A stretch of 64,000 bases of DNA from an uncultured Verrucomicrobiota bacterium (GTDB lineage Bacteria; Verrucomicrobiota; Kiritimatiellia; RFP12; UBA3636). Below the pieces are notes generated by a model. That model worked only from the letters and a program-made list of their open reading frames with translations, did not search any database and was not told the DNA's origin. This document shows positions 32,856-40,231 of this stretch, piece after piece. The position numbers were made by a program, and so were the translations under genes. Every line of letters starts with the position of its first letter. Position 1 is the first letter of the stretch. Location: contig CAMVRE010000002.1 of NCBI GenBank assembly GCA_947169825.1, positions 1,248-65,247 on the forward strand, written 5' to 3'.

Positions 32856-34319
32856 TCACTTCCCCTTCCGCTTCTTCGCGAACTGCGGCTGCGCGGCGAG
32901 GAGCGTCTTCCAGTCCGCGGCCTTGAGCGTCTTCCAGACGCACTTGTCCGCGAACTCCGGCCGCGCCGAGAGCAGCGCCGCCCAGTCCGCGCCCGACAGC
33001 TCGGCCCATTTGTTGCACCACTCCGCCATCTCGGGGCGGGCGACCAGCAGCTTCACCAAGTTCCCGGGGGACAGGCTGCTCCGAAGGTCGAGTCGATCCT
33101 CCTTGCGGAGCTTGGAGATGTCGCACCGGGCCGCGAATTGCGGCTGGGTCGCAAGAAGACTGGCCCAGTTCCCGCCGCTGAGCTTCGACCATTTGCACCG
33201 ATCCGCGAACTGCGGTTGACTCCTCAGCAGATACACCCAGTCGTCGCCGCTGAGCTTCGACCACCAGCACCGCTCCGCGAACTGCGGTTGCGCGGGGCCG
33301 CCGTTTCCGGTGAGGAGACTCGCCCAGTCCCAGCCTTTTAGCTTCGACCAGTCGCAATGGTCCGCGAGCAGCGGCTGCTGGGCGAGGAGACATTTCCAGT
33401 CGTTCCCGTCCAGCTTCGACCAGTCGCATTTGTCCGCGAACTGCGGCTGCTTGGCGAGGAGTTTCGCCCAGTCGCCGCCGTCCAGCGTCGACAAGTCGCA
33501 CTTGTCCGCGAACTGCGGTTGCGCAGCAAGGAGCTCGGCCCAAAACCCGCCGAACGGTCTGCCTAGCCAGCCGCGTCCCAGCTTTGACCAGTCGCACTTG
33601 TCCGCGAACTGCGGCTGCTCGGCGAGGAGACTCGCCCAGTCGCCGCCGCCCAGCGTTGATAAGTCGCACTTGTCCGCGAACTGCGGCTGCGCGGCAAGGA
33701 GCCTGGTCCAGTAGTAGCGGTCCAGCTTCTCCAAGTCGCAATGGGCGGCGAGTTGCGGCTGCTTGATCAGAAGTTTGAACGCCTCCTCCACGCGGTCGCT
33801 CTCCTCCCAGGAGTTGTCCTTCCTCGTGAAGTAGAAGATGTCGGCCCATTTGTCGCATAGGTCGGCGAACTGCGGCTGCGCCGTCAGCAGACGGATCCAG
33901 GACCGAGCGGACAGTTCGGCCCATTTGTCGCATCGGTCCGCGAACTGCGGCTGCTCGGCGAGGAGGTTCGCCCAACCCTCGCCGTCCAGCTTCGGCCATT
34001 TCGGCATCGATTCGGCCATGGACGGATGCCTCCCGAGGAGCTGGCTCCAGTCATCGGACTCCATCTTGGACGGGGCGCATCGGCCGACGAACTGCGGCTG
34101 CGCCTGAAGGAGCTGGAACCAGTGGCGACGGACCAGCTTGCCCCAGTCCACCGGCCGGCACTCGGCGGCGCGTTCCGGATGCTTGGCCAGGAGCGCGGCA
34201 AGATTGTCCGCGGACAGGCGCGACAGAGAGGCGGGTGGCTTCTTTGCGGACGGCGCGGGCTGGTTCGGAGCGGGCTTCTTCGCAGCGGTCTTTGCGGTCG
34301 TTTTCTTCTTCTGTGCCAT
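32856..34319 (-). CDS. W-repeat protein: about 15 tandem 24-residue repeats, Lys/Ala/Pro-rich N-terminal tail
   Basis: Track ORF 32856-34625, trimmed to ATG 34319 (MAQKKKTTAKTAAKKPAPNQPAPSAKKPP). Example repeats: DWAKLLAKQPQFADKCDWSKLDGN, DWKCLLAQQPLLADHCDWSKLKGW, DWVYLLRSQPQFADRCKWSKLSGG. Confidence 0.7.
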   Translation of the reverse strand: MAQKKKTTAKTAAKKPAPNQPAPSAKKPPASLSRLSADNLAALLAKHPERAAECRPVDWGKLVRRHWFQLLQAQPQFVGRCAPSKMESDDWSQLLGRHPSMAESMPKWPKLDGEGWANLLAEQPQFADRCDKWAELSARSWIRLLTAQPQFADLCDKWADIFYFTRKDNSWEESDRVEEAFKLLIKQPQLAAHCDLEKLDRYYWTRLLAAQPQFADKCDLSTLGGGDWASLLAEQPQFADKCDWSKLGRGWLGRPFGGFWAELLAAQPQFADKCDLSTLDGGDWAKLLAKQPQFADKCDWSKLDGNDWKCLLAQQPLLADHCDWSKLKGWDWASLLTGNGGPAQPQFAERCWWSKLSGDDWVYLLRSQPQFADRCKWSKLSGGNWASLLATQPQFAARCDISKLRKEDRLDLRSSLSPGNLVKLLVARPEMAEWCNKWAELSGADWAALLSARPEFADKCVWKTLKAADWKTLLAAQPQFAKKRKGK

Positions 34320-34414
34320 TTTTGGTTTCTCCCGTGGCGGGGTCTGCTTCGTACCCTCGCGACGCCCCCGCCGCAACGCCGTCCAGTCTACCACCGCGCG
34401 CGCTTCCGAATCAA
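34320..34414 (-). promoter_or_regulatory. Portable promoter + leader module, copy (TTGATT-N18-TAGACT)
   Basis: Minus strand: TTGATT (comp. 34409-34414), TAGACT (comp. 34385-34390), leader GGACGGCGTTGCGGCGGGGGCGTCGCGAGGGTACGAAG...GGGAGAAACCAAAA-ATG. The hairpin is kept with one G-T wobble. Confidence 0.5.
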
Positions 34415-34493
34415 GCGGCCTCGCAGGGCGTGGTGGGGTCTGCACCCCGCCACGCCCGCATCGGCCGGAATCTCGCGGCTCGCCGCTCGTGGG

Positions 34494-34592
34494 GGACGAC
34501 GAGACGACGGGCTGACGGGACGACGGGAAATCGCGCCTCCTTTCCCGAAGGATCAAGGAGGCGTCTCCCGTCGTCTTGTCGTCCCGTCGTCC
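34494..34592. repeat. Repeat family A, copy 4
   Basis: GGACGACGAGACGACGGGCTGACGGGACGACGGGAAATCGCGCCTCCTTTCCCGAAGGATCAAGGAGGCGTCTCCCGTCGTCTTGTCGTCCCGTCGTCC. The inner stem is CGCCTCCTT/AAGGAGGCG. Confidence 0.7.
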
Positions 34593-34682
34593 TTGGACGG
34601 CCGTCACACGGGGCGGCTTTCCCACACGGCGGCCGATTCTATGGGTTTCGTGCCGTGCGGGGCCAATCGATCTTTGGGAAAA

Positions 34683-35600
34683 TCACTTGCTGCGCAGTTG
34701 GCGAAGGGGATGCAGTTGGCAAAGGGGTTTAATGAGTGACGGCTTTAGTTTTTCGTCCATTTCGTCCGTGATATACTTGATACATTTGCAGGGCGCCTTG
34801 CTCTTCTTGTTTTTCGCGGCAATCGCAAACAGAAACATTTCCAATTCGCCGATGGAGATTCCTTTGTTCCGACATTTTTTGGAGTAATCGTATGTTCCTT
34901 TTAACAGTTGACAATACCTTTCGTACGTTTCGCGCTTGGAGTAATAGAATTTGTCGACGGCGAAATTCTTGTAGGCCAAGTTGAAAATGGTTTCTTGATC
35001 GTGTATGTCCATGTCACCATTTCGGGCGGCAGGTTGTCTGAAAAACATCATCTCGCCACCGTCTATTGTATGCCATCCATTGGTAAAGATCAGCCAGTTC
35101 AACGTGAATGCAACGCGAGAGTCGTACACGGGATATTTTTCGCTGTCGAGAAATGAAGCGACCTTCGAAAGGGACGAAATTCCGTCGAAGCCAATGACAC
35201 CGGCATAATCGTCCGAATTGTTCTTTTTGTCTTTGATTGTATTTCGCAATTCATTGAGCGAATCTTCTTTGGGAACTGAATTGATCTTGCCCCACTCGCC
35301 AACGATCCATTTTGCAATTTTCAAATATGTCTCATCGTCTTGTTTTGACAAAATCTTCGAGAATCTGGATTTTGCTTCCAAGGTTAGTCTGGCCGGGTTA
35401 TCTTTGAATTTTGCGAGTGCCTTTTTGATTTTGTCACATTCAGCCAATTCCATTCCACTGAGAGAATTCAATGGAAAGGGCCAAACGTAGTAGCCTTTGA
35501 GTTCCGTGTTCAACTCGACCTCGAACTTTTCCAGCAGGGCCTTGTAAACTGTTTCCGGAAACAAGCTGGTTTCATTCGAGGGTTCGTTATGCTTCGCCAT
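34683..35600 (-). CDS. Hypothetical 305-aa protein (AT-rich island 3)
   Basis: Track ORF 34683-36197, trimmed to ATG 35600 (MAKHNEPSNETSLF...) at the GC drop. IAKWIVGEWGKINSV...GISSLSKVASFLDSEKYPVYDSRVAFTLNWL is faintly reminiscent of 'OGG-fold' glycosylase-like hypothetical proteins; confidence in that function is very low. Confidence 0.65.
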   Translation of the reverse strand: MAKHNEPSNETSLFPETVYKALLEKFEVELNTELKGYYVWPFPLNSLSGMELAECDKIKKALAKFKDNPARLTLEAKSRFSKILSKQDDETYLKIAKWIVGEWGKINSVPKEDSLNELRNTIKDKKNNSDDYAGVIGFDGISSLSKVASFLDSEKYPVYDSRVAFTLNWLIFTNGWHTIDGGEMMFFRQPAARNGDMDIHDQETIFNLAYKNFAVDKFYYSKRETYERYCQLLKGTYDYSKKCRNKGISIGELEMFLFAIAAKNKKSKAPCKCIKYITDEMDEKLKPSLIKPLCQLHPLRQLRSK

Positions 35601-35693
35601 TTTGTTCTTTGTTTTAGCGGGGTTGGTTTCGTGCCGTCGCGGCGCTCCCGCCGCAACGCCTCCCAGTCTACCACCGCGCGCGCTGCGGTTCAA
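35601..35693 (-). promoter_or_regulatory. Portable promoter + leader module, copy (TTGAAC-N17-TAGACT)
   Basis: Minus strand: TTGAAC (comp. 35688-35693), TAGACT (comp. 35665-35670), leader GGGAGGCGTTGCGGCGGGAGCGCCGCGACGGCACGAAACCAACCCCGC...ATG. Confidence 0.5.
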
Positions 35694-35734
35694 GGGAGAT
35701 TCGCGGCGCGGCGGCCTCGCAGGGCGTGGCGGAT

Positions 35735-36310
35735 TCAGGGACGGCGGGCCAGGTGGCTCCCGGGGTCCAGCAGGAACGGAACGAGGCCGATGGTTTCGAT
35801 GCCCGTCTCGTCCGTCCACGGCTTCTCGAAGCCGCCGGTCACGACGATCTTCCGGAAGAAGTCCCCCGTTTTGCGCAGGGATTCCGTCTCCTGCCTGCGC
35901 TTTTCCGCGTCGGGGACCGCGTAGGCCGACTGGATGTAGACCTTCCCGGCCCCGTCGTTCACGACGAAATCGATCTCCCGCCGGACGTGTTCCTTGTCCG
36001 GTCCGGAGCCTTCCGTGGTCTCGACGACGCCGACGTCGACCGAACAGCCGCGCCCGACGAGTTCGTTGTAGAGGACGTTCTCCATGAGGTGCGCCGGCTC
36101 CTGCTGCCGGAAGTTCGTCCGAGCGTTGCGCAGGCCGACGTCCGTCGCGTACCACTTGGAGGGCGCGGACAGATAGCGCCCGCCCTTCACGTCCCACCGG
36201 TCGGCCCTTTGGAACAGGAAGGCGTCCTCGAAATACTTTAGGAACTTCCGGTGGAAACCCACCGCCCCTGAAAACGACTGGCAGTTAGAAGAGGTTTGGC
36301 GAATTGTCAA
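35735..36310 (-). pseudogene. 5'-truncated AAA-ATPase gene (DUF4143-type C-terminal part only)
   Basis: KFLKYFEDAFLFQRADRWDVKGGRYL..KWYATDVGLRNA...HLMENVLYNELVGRGCSVDVG...REIDFVVNDGAGKVYIQSAY matches the C-terminal part of AAA_14/DUF4143 ATPases. The Walker A/B part is absent, and repeats D and the CCCGTCATT motifs lie upstream. Confidence 0.55.
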
Positions 36311-36371
36311 GCGTTATTTTCCAATCTGGTGGAATTCCACCGGATCGGAAAATTCATACCGCCAACGGCGG

Positions 36372-36425
36372 CCCGTCATTTGCCGGCGAGCCGGCACCCG
36401 TCATTCCGCCGAAGGGGACCGTCAT
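36372..36425. repeat. Short CCCGTCATT + hairpin array (3 units)
   Basis: CCCGTCATT at 36372 and 36397 and a degenerate GACCGTCATT at 36417, separated by TGCCGGCGAGCCGGCA and CCGCCGAAGGGG. Confidence 0.6.
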
Positions 36426-36596
36426 TCCGGCGAAGGCTGCCCCCGCGAAGCGGACTTCCCCCGCACCGCGGCCGGTCGACGAAAGGACAACAGGACACCA
36501 GGACAAAAGGTCGCGCCCCGCTCGCCGAAGGGACAAGGGGCCGTGCGACCAGGTCGCCCGCGCGCCTTCGGCGGAGGGCCGTCAGCCGGAGAACCT

Positions 36597-37366
36597 TCAA
36601 CGGGCCGGCTGCAGGAACATCGCCATGTAGTGCGGAAGCGTAATCTTCTTTCCGACGACTCCGACGTTTCCCCCCGTGAGCTTGTAGCCGAACGGGATCG
36701 ACGGATTGGCGAGAAGCTTGTCCAGCGAGAGTGTCGCCCCCGTTTTCGCCTTCACTTCAACCGGGACGACGCCGTCCGCCGACTCGACGAGGAACTCCAT
36801 CTCGAGCCGTCCGCCGTCTTTGCTGTGGTAGAGCAGGGGGAAGCCGTTGCGCTCCAGGACGCCCGCGACGAGGTTCTCGTAGACGCCGCCCTTGAGCGAG
36901 CCGGCGAGCGTGCCTGCGCGCACTGCACGTCGCCGAAGTGCGGTTCGTCGACGAACCCCGAGACGACTTCCGGCATTCCCCCGACGACGGCGTATTCGCG
37001 CAGCAGCCGGTGGAACGTTTCGTTCACGGCCTCGGGCACCTTTTCGCGCCGTTCGAAATACGGGCGAAGGACATCGATCCGTTCATCGTCCCAGCCCTTC
37101 GCCCACAGGTATTCCCGGAACGAGAGCGAGTGCATCGTGACCTGCCGCTCGAACCCGACGGGGACGGACTTGGGCTGCCGGTCCTTGCGGCGCTTGTACT
37201 TGATGCCCAGCAGCGAGCCGGACGCGACCACGTCGCACCGGCCGTCCTGCGCGAGGAACTTCATCGCCGTCCGGGCGTTCGGGCATTCCTGGATCTCGTC
37301 GAGGAAGAGCAGCGTGCCGTAGAATTCCCGTTTCAGTTCGGCCATGGCGTCTCTTTCCCCATCCAC
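36597..37366 (-). pseudogene. Second DUF4143-type ATPase gene: 5'-truncated, frameshifted, internally shortened
   Basis: Two overlapping frames are involved. Frame 36752-37366 reads LLFLDEIQECPNA (Walker B)...SGSLLG...SFREYL...VVGGMPEVV. Frame 36597-36923 reads KGGVYENLVAGVLERNGFPLLYH...LEMEFLVESADGVVPVEVKAKTG. There is no Walker A region and the frames switch near 36905-36925. Confidence 0.6.
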
Positions 37367-37634
37367 CCGTCTTCGGCGGTGGAAAACGGCGCGATTCTAC
37401 GCCGTGTTGCATCTTTTTGCAACTTGAAAAACGTCCATGTGCAACTTTTTGCAAGATACATTTTCGGAGAATGCCGGTTTTTGCGGGCCGGGCTTCGGGG
37501 GAGGCCAGCCCCCGCGCCACGGCCGGTCGATGACATCGACGACGCCGACGACATCGACGACCCGCGCACGGAAGGCCGAAGGTCGATGGTGCGACCGGAA
37601 TCAGAGCCGCCCGGCTCCGCCGGCGGAGCCGGCA

Positions 37635-37875
37635 CCCGTCATTCCGCGAAGGCGGCCCGTCATTTGCCGGCATAGCCGGCACCCGTCATTCCGCCGAAGG
37701 CGGCCCGTCATTTCCGCGAAGCGGACCCGTCATTTGCCGGCAAGCCGGCACCCGTCATTTCCGCGAAGCGGACCCGTCATTCCGCCGGAGCCGGCACCCG
37801 TCATTCCGCCAAAGGCGGCCCGTCATTTGCCGGCAGAGCCGGCACCCGTCATTCCGCCGAAGGCGGCCCGTCATT
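37635..37875. repeat. Array of 11 direct CCCGTCATT motifs, each separated by a 12-17-nt GC mini-hairpin
   Basis: Motif starts at 37635, 37656, 37682, 37704, 37726, 37751, 37773, 37797, 37819, 37845 and 37867 (spacing 21-26 nt). The spacers are CCGCGAAGGCGG, TGCCGGCATAGCCGGCA, CCGCCGAAGGCGG, TCCGCGAAGCGGA, TGCCGGCAAGCCGGCA and so on; all are self-complementary. Confidence 0.85.
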
Positions 37876-38520
37876 GGATGCGGCCCTGCGGTCGGCGCAG
37901 AGGCGGAAGCCGATCGCGATGTCCCAGAGCCAGTGCCGGTCCGCGGCCCGGTAGGAGGACTCCACCGCCGCGTTCAACCAGCTGCCGCCGCAATAGACGC
38001 GGCCATTGCCACTCGTGGCGGTGTTCGTCCACTCCCACACGTTGCCGTGCATGTCGTAAAGCCCGAACGCATTCGGCTTCTTCAGTCCGACAGGATGCGT
38101 CTTTCCGTCCGAGTTGTCCCTGTACCACGCGACCTTGCCGAGCGTCTTCCCCGTGATTTCCGTCCCGTCCGCGAGCTTGCAGTAGTCGCCCTTCGCGCCG
38201 GCGCGGGCGGCGAACTCCCACTCCTCATCCGTCGGCAGGCGGAACACCAGGCCGGACCCCTTCGCGGCGGGCTGTGCGTTGAGCGTCTCCAGAAACTCCC
38301 GGCAATCATCGCACGAAACGCGCTCCACGGGATTCTTCGCGCCCTTGAACCGAGCGGAGTTCCAGCCCATCACGGCCTCCCACTCCGCCTGCGTGACCGG
38401 GAACCGGCCCATCCGGAAGCCCCTGCTGGGAATCGGGACCATCGAGGCGACGATGTCCTCGACGACCGCGGGATCGACGGAGGCGGCCTCCTTCTTCGTG
38501 ACGATCTTCTCCTGTTCCAT
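37849..38520 (-). CDS. FGE/SUMF1-family domain protein (223 aa, domain only)
   Basis: Track ORF 37849-38940, trimmed to ATG 38520 (GGAGGAG upstream). GRFPVTQAEWEAVMG, NPVERVSCDDCREFLETLNA, LVFRLPTDEEWEFAARAG, NAFGLYDMHGNVWEWT, CGGSW, GFRLCADRR. The last 11 codons and the stop lie in the first unit of the CCCGTCATT array. Confidence 0.8.
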   Translation of the reverse strand: MEQEKIVTKKEAASVDPAVVEDIVASMVPIPSRGFRMGRFPVTQAEWEAVMGWNSARFKGAKNPVERVSCDDCREFLETLNAQPAAKGSGLVFRLPTDEEWEFAARAGAKGDYCKLADGTEITGKTLGKVAWYRDNSDGKTHPVGLKKPNAFGLYDMHGNVWEWTNTATSGNGRVYCGGSWLNAAVESSYRAADRHWLWDIAIGFRLCADRRAASNDGPPSAE

Positions 38521-38613
38521 TCTGGCTCCTCCTGTGGCGGGGTCGTTTTCGTGCCGTCGCGGCGCTCCCGCCGCAACGCCGCCCAGTCTACCACCGCGCG
38601 CGATACGGTTCAA
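38521..38613 (-). promoter_or_regulatory. Portable promoter + leader module, copy (TTGAAC-N17-TAGACT)
   Basis: Minus strand: TTGAAC (comp. 38608-38613), TAGACT (comp. 38585-38590), leader GGGCGGCGTTGCGGCGGGAGCGCCGCGACGGCACGAAAACGACCCCGCCACAGGAGGAGCCAGA-ATG. Confidence 0.5.
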
Positions 38614-38904
38614 GGAAGTTTTCGGCCGCCACCGGGGGGCGGGGGAGCGCCCCGCACCGCGGCCGTGATTCGTCCGCGCTATGGCGCCAGCAGCGTGTCG
38701 GCCGGGACGAGGAAGTCGAACCACCCCCGGCGAACGACGGACGGCGCCAGCTCCCCGTCGTAGACGAGCGCGGTCCGGACCGAAAGGCCCGAGGCGGGGA
38801 AGAAGCGACTTGAGGTTGTTCGGGTGTCGGCTGCGGGAGAAGTTTCCCTGTCTTCCTTGTTCGACGGACAGGATCCGGCCGGGGGGGGGAGCCAGCCGTC
38901 CGAG

Positions 38905-39160
38905 ATCTGGAGCAAACGGTCTGGAATGCGATGCCGTCATCCACCTTCATGGCGGACGGTACGGACTCGTCGAAATCAAGCTCGGCGGCAAGGAGCTGGT
39001 CGAGAAAGGGGCTTCCTCCCTGAAGAAGCTTTCCTCGAAGCTCGACACGTCGAAAATGCGCAAGCCCTCGTTCCTGATGGTCTTGACCGCGGTGGGCGAT
39101 GTCGCTTACCGGCGCGAGGACGGCGTTGTGGTCTGCCCGATCTCCGCGCTGAAACCCTGA
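38905..39160 (+). pseudogene. Third DUF4143-type ATPase remnant (extreme C-terminus only)
   Basis: End of track ORF 38681-39160: ...LECDAVIHLHGGRYGLVEIKLGGKELVEKGASSLKKLSSKLDTSKMRKPSFLMVLTAVGDVAYRREDGVVVCPISALKP. This is the E.D....iEvKlg...L..L pattern of the nuclease-like C-terminal domain, with nothing homologous upstream. Confidence 0.45.
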
Positions 39161-39263
39161 ACTCGCGTCGCGGTGCCGACTGCGTCGATGCCCGGCCGGG
39201 AGAGGGGGGGCGGCTTCCCCCGGAGACCGGCCGGTCGACGCGGTCGGACCCGCACACTCGCGC

Positions 39264-39452
39264 CTATCCTCCGGCGAGTTTCAGCAACAGCAGGAACCCG
39301 AGGCCGAGAAGGATGAAGCCGATGACGGTTTTCGAAAGTTCGTAGGCGATGCGGAACGTCCCCTTGAGGATCTTGAACCCGGTCGCCGCCAGCGCCGAGA
39401 CGAAGGCGACGGCAACGACGATTCCGAGGAGGACGAGGAGGGCCGTTTTCAT
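39264..39452 (-). CDS. Small two-helix membrane protein (62 aa)
   Basis: MKTALLVLLGIVVAVAFVSALAATGF...TVIGFILLGLGFLLLLKLAGG. The ATG overlaps the amidohydrolase stop (ATGA). Confidence 0.45.
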   Translation of the reverse strand: MKTALLVLLGIVVAVAFVSALAATGFKILKGTFRIAYELSKTVIGFILLGLGFLLLLKLAGG

Positions 39453-40201
39453 CGTCCGCGGAGGAATCGGAAGAAGTTGCCCGACATCACGGCCTCTGAA
39501 TAGCCGTATTCCTTCGCGCCTTCGAGGTCGTTGGCGTAGAGTTCGTCGATCGTGCCTTCGTAGAATCCGGCCTGGAGCGGCAGGTCCGTTCCGAACATCA
39601 CGCGGTCTTCAACGCCCGCCGCGACGAGTTCCGGGTAGCTTTCCGGAGACATGAAGGCGGTGTCCGTGAAGAGGTTCGGACATTCCTTCAGGCAGTCGAT
39701 CGTTTCCCGGACGGGGCGACAGTGCGCGAAGTCGATGCGAAGCCGCGGATGGCGCTTCGCGAACGGCAGAAGTTCGTGCGGATAGCAGCCCGCGTCCTCG
39801 CCCGTGTGGAACTGGACCGGCACGCCCCGCTCCTCGAGCAGGGAAAGAATCCGGTCGAGGTCCTTCGGGCGCTTCTTGACCCACGGCGTCTCCTTCTCGT
39901 GCAGCTTCACGCCCTCCCAGAGCCCGGAGTTGAGGGTCTTCAGATCGGGATCGGCATCGTAGAAGCGCCCGGCGAGCCAGTAGAAGGCGTGCGCTCCCTC
40001 GCCGAACGCCGCCTTCGTCTCGACGGCGTCGCGTTCGATGGTCTCGAAGGGCAGCCCCTTCTGCGCGTTCATCGACGAGAAGATGAACTCATCCACCCCC
40101 TGTCGCTTGAGAATCTCGGCGATTTCCGAGGCCTTGAAGTCCTTCACGGACCGCTCGTCGCCGATGTCCCCCACATGTACGTGTGCGTCGCAGATTTTCA
40201 T
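39449..40201 (-). CDS. Metal-dependent TIM-barrel amidohydrolase family protein
   Basis: 250 aa. N-terminal CDAHVHVG, a central FHTGE and a C-terminal MFGTDLP follow the Amidohydro_2-type pattern. Confidence 0.7.
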   Translation of the reverse strand: MKICDAHVHVGDIGDERSVKDFKASEIAEILKRQGVDEFIFSSMNAQKGLPFETIERDAVETKAAFGEGAHAFYWLAGRFYDADPDLKTLNSGLWEGVKLHEKETPWVKKRPKDLDRILSLLEERGVPVQFHTGEDAGCYPHELLPFAKRHPRLRIDFAHCRPVRETIDCLKECPNLFTDTAFMSPESYPELVAAGVEDRVMFGTDLPLQAGFYEGTIDELYANDLEGAKEYGYSEAVMSGNFFRFLRGR

Positions 40202-40231
40202 TTCGTTCGTTTTCCTTTCTTGGTTGTTCGT

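Noticed and set aside
37635-37875. CRISPR array
   Set aside because: The repeats are only 9 nt. The 'spacers' are 12-17 nt, self-complementary and recurrent (several are identical). No cas genes are present. This is not CRISPR.
37849-38100. Diversity-generating retroelement targeting the C-terminal FGE (C-type-lectin fold) region; the free 3' FGE fragment at 9708-9766 as a possible template repeat
   Set aside because: FGE-fold proteins are classic DGR targets, and the C-terminus GGSWLNAAVESSYRAADRHWLWDIAIGFRL looks VR-like. However, the window contains no reverse transcriptase and no ~100-bp adenine-rich template copy of this region. The fragment at 9708-9766 shares only ~44 nt of the extreme 3' end. 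A DGR elsewhere in the genome cannot be excluded.
38614-38932. 78-aa minus-strand ORF 38679-38915 (...LSVRTALVYDGELAPSVVRRGWFDFLVPADTLLAP) as a gene
   Set aside because: It has no SD, no recognisable motif and lies between a promoter module and an ATPase remnant. It is possibly another gene fragment, but I cannot support any call.
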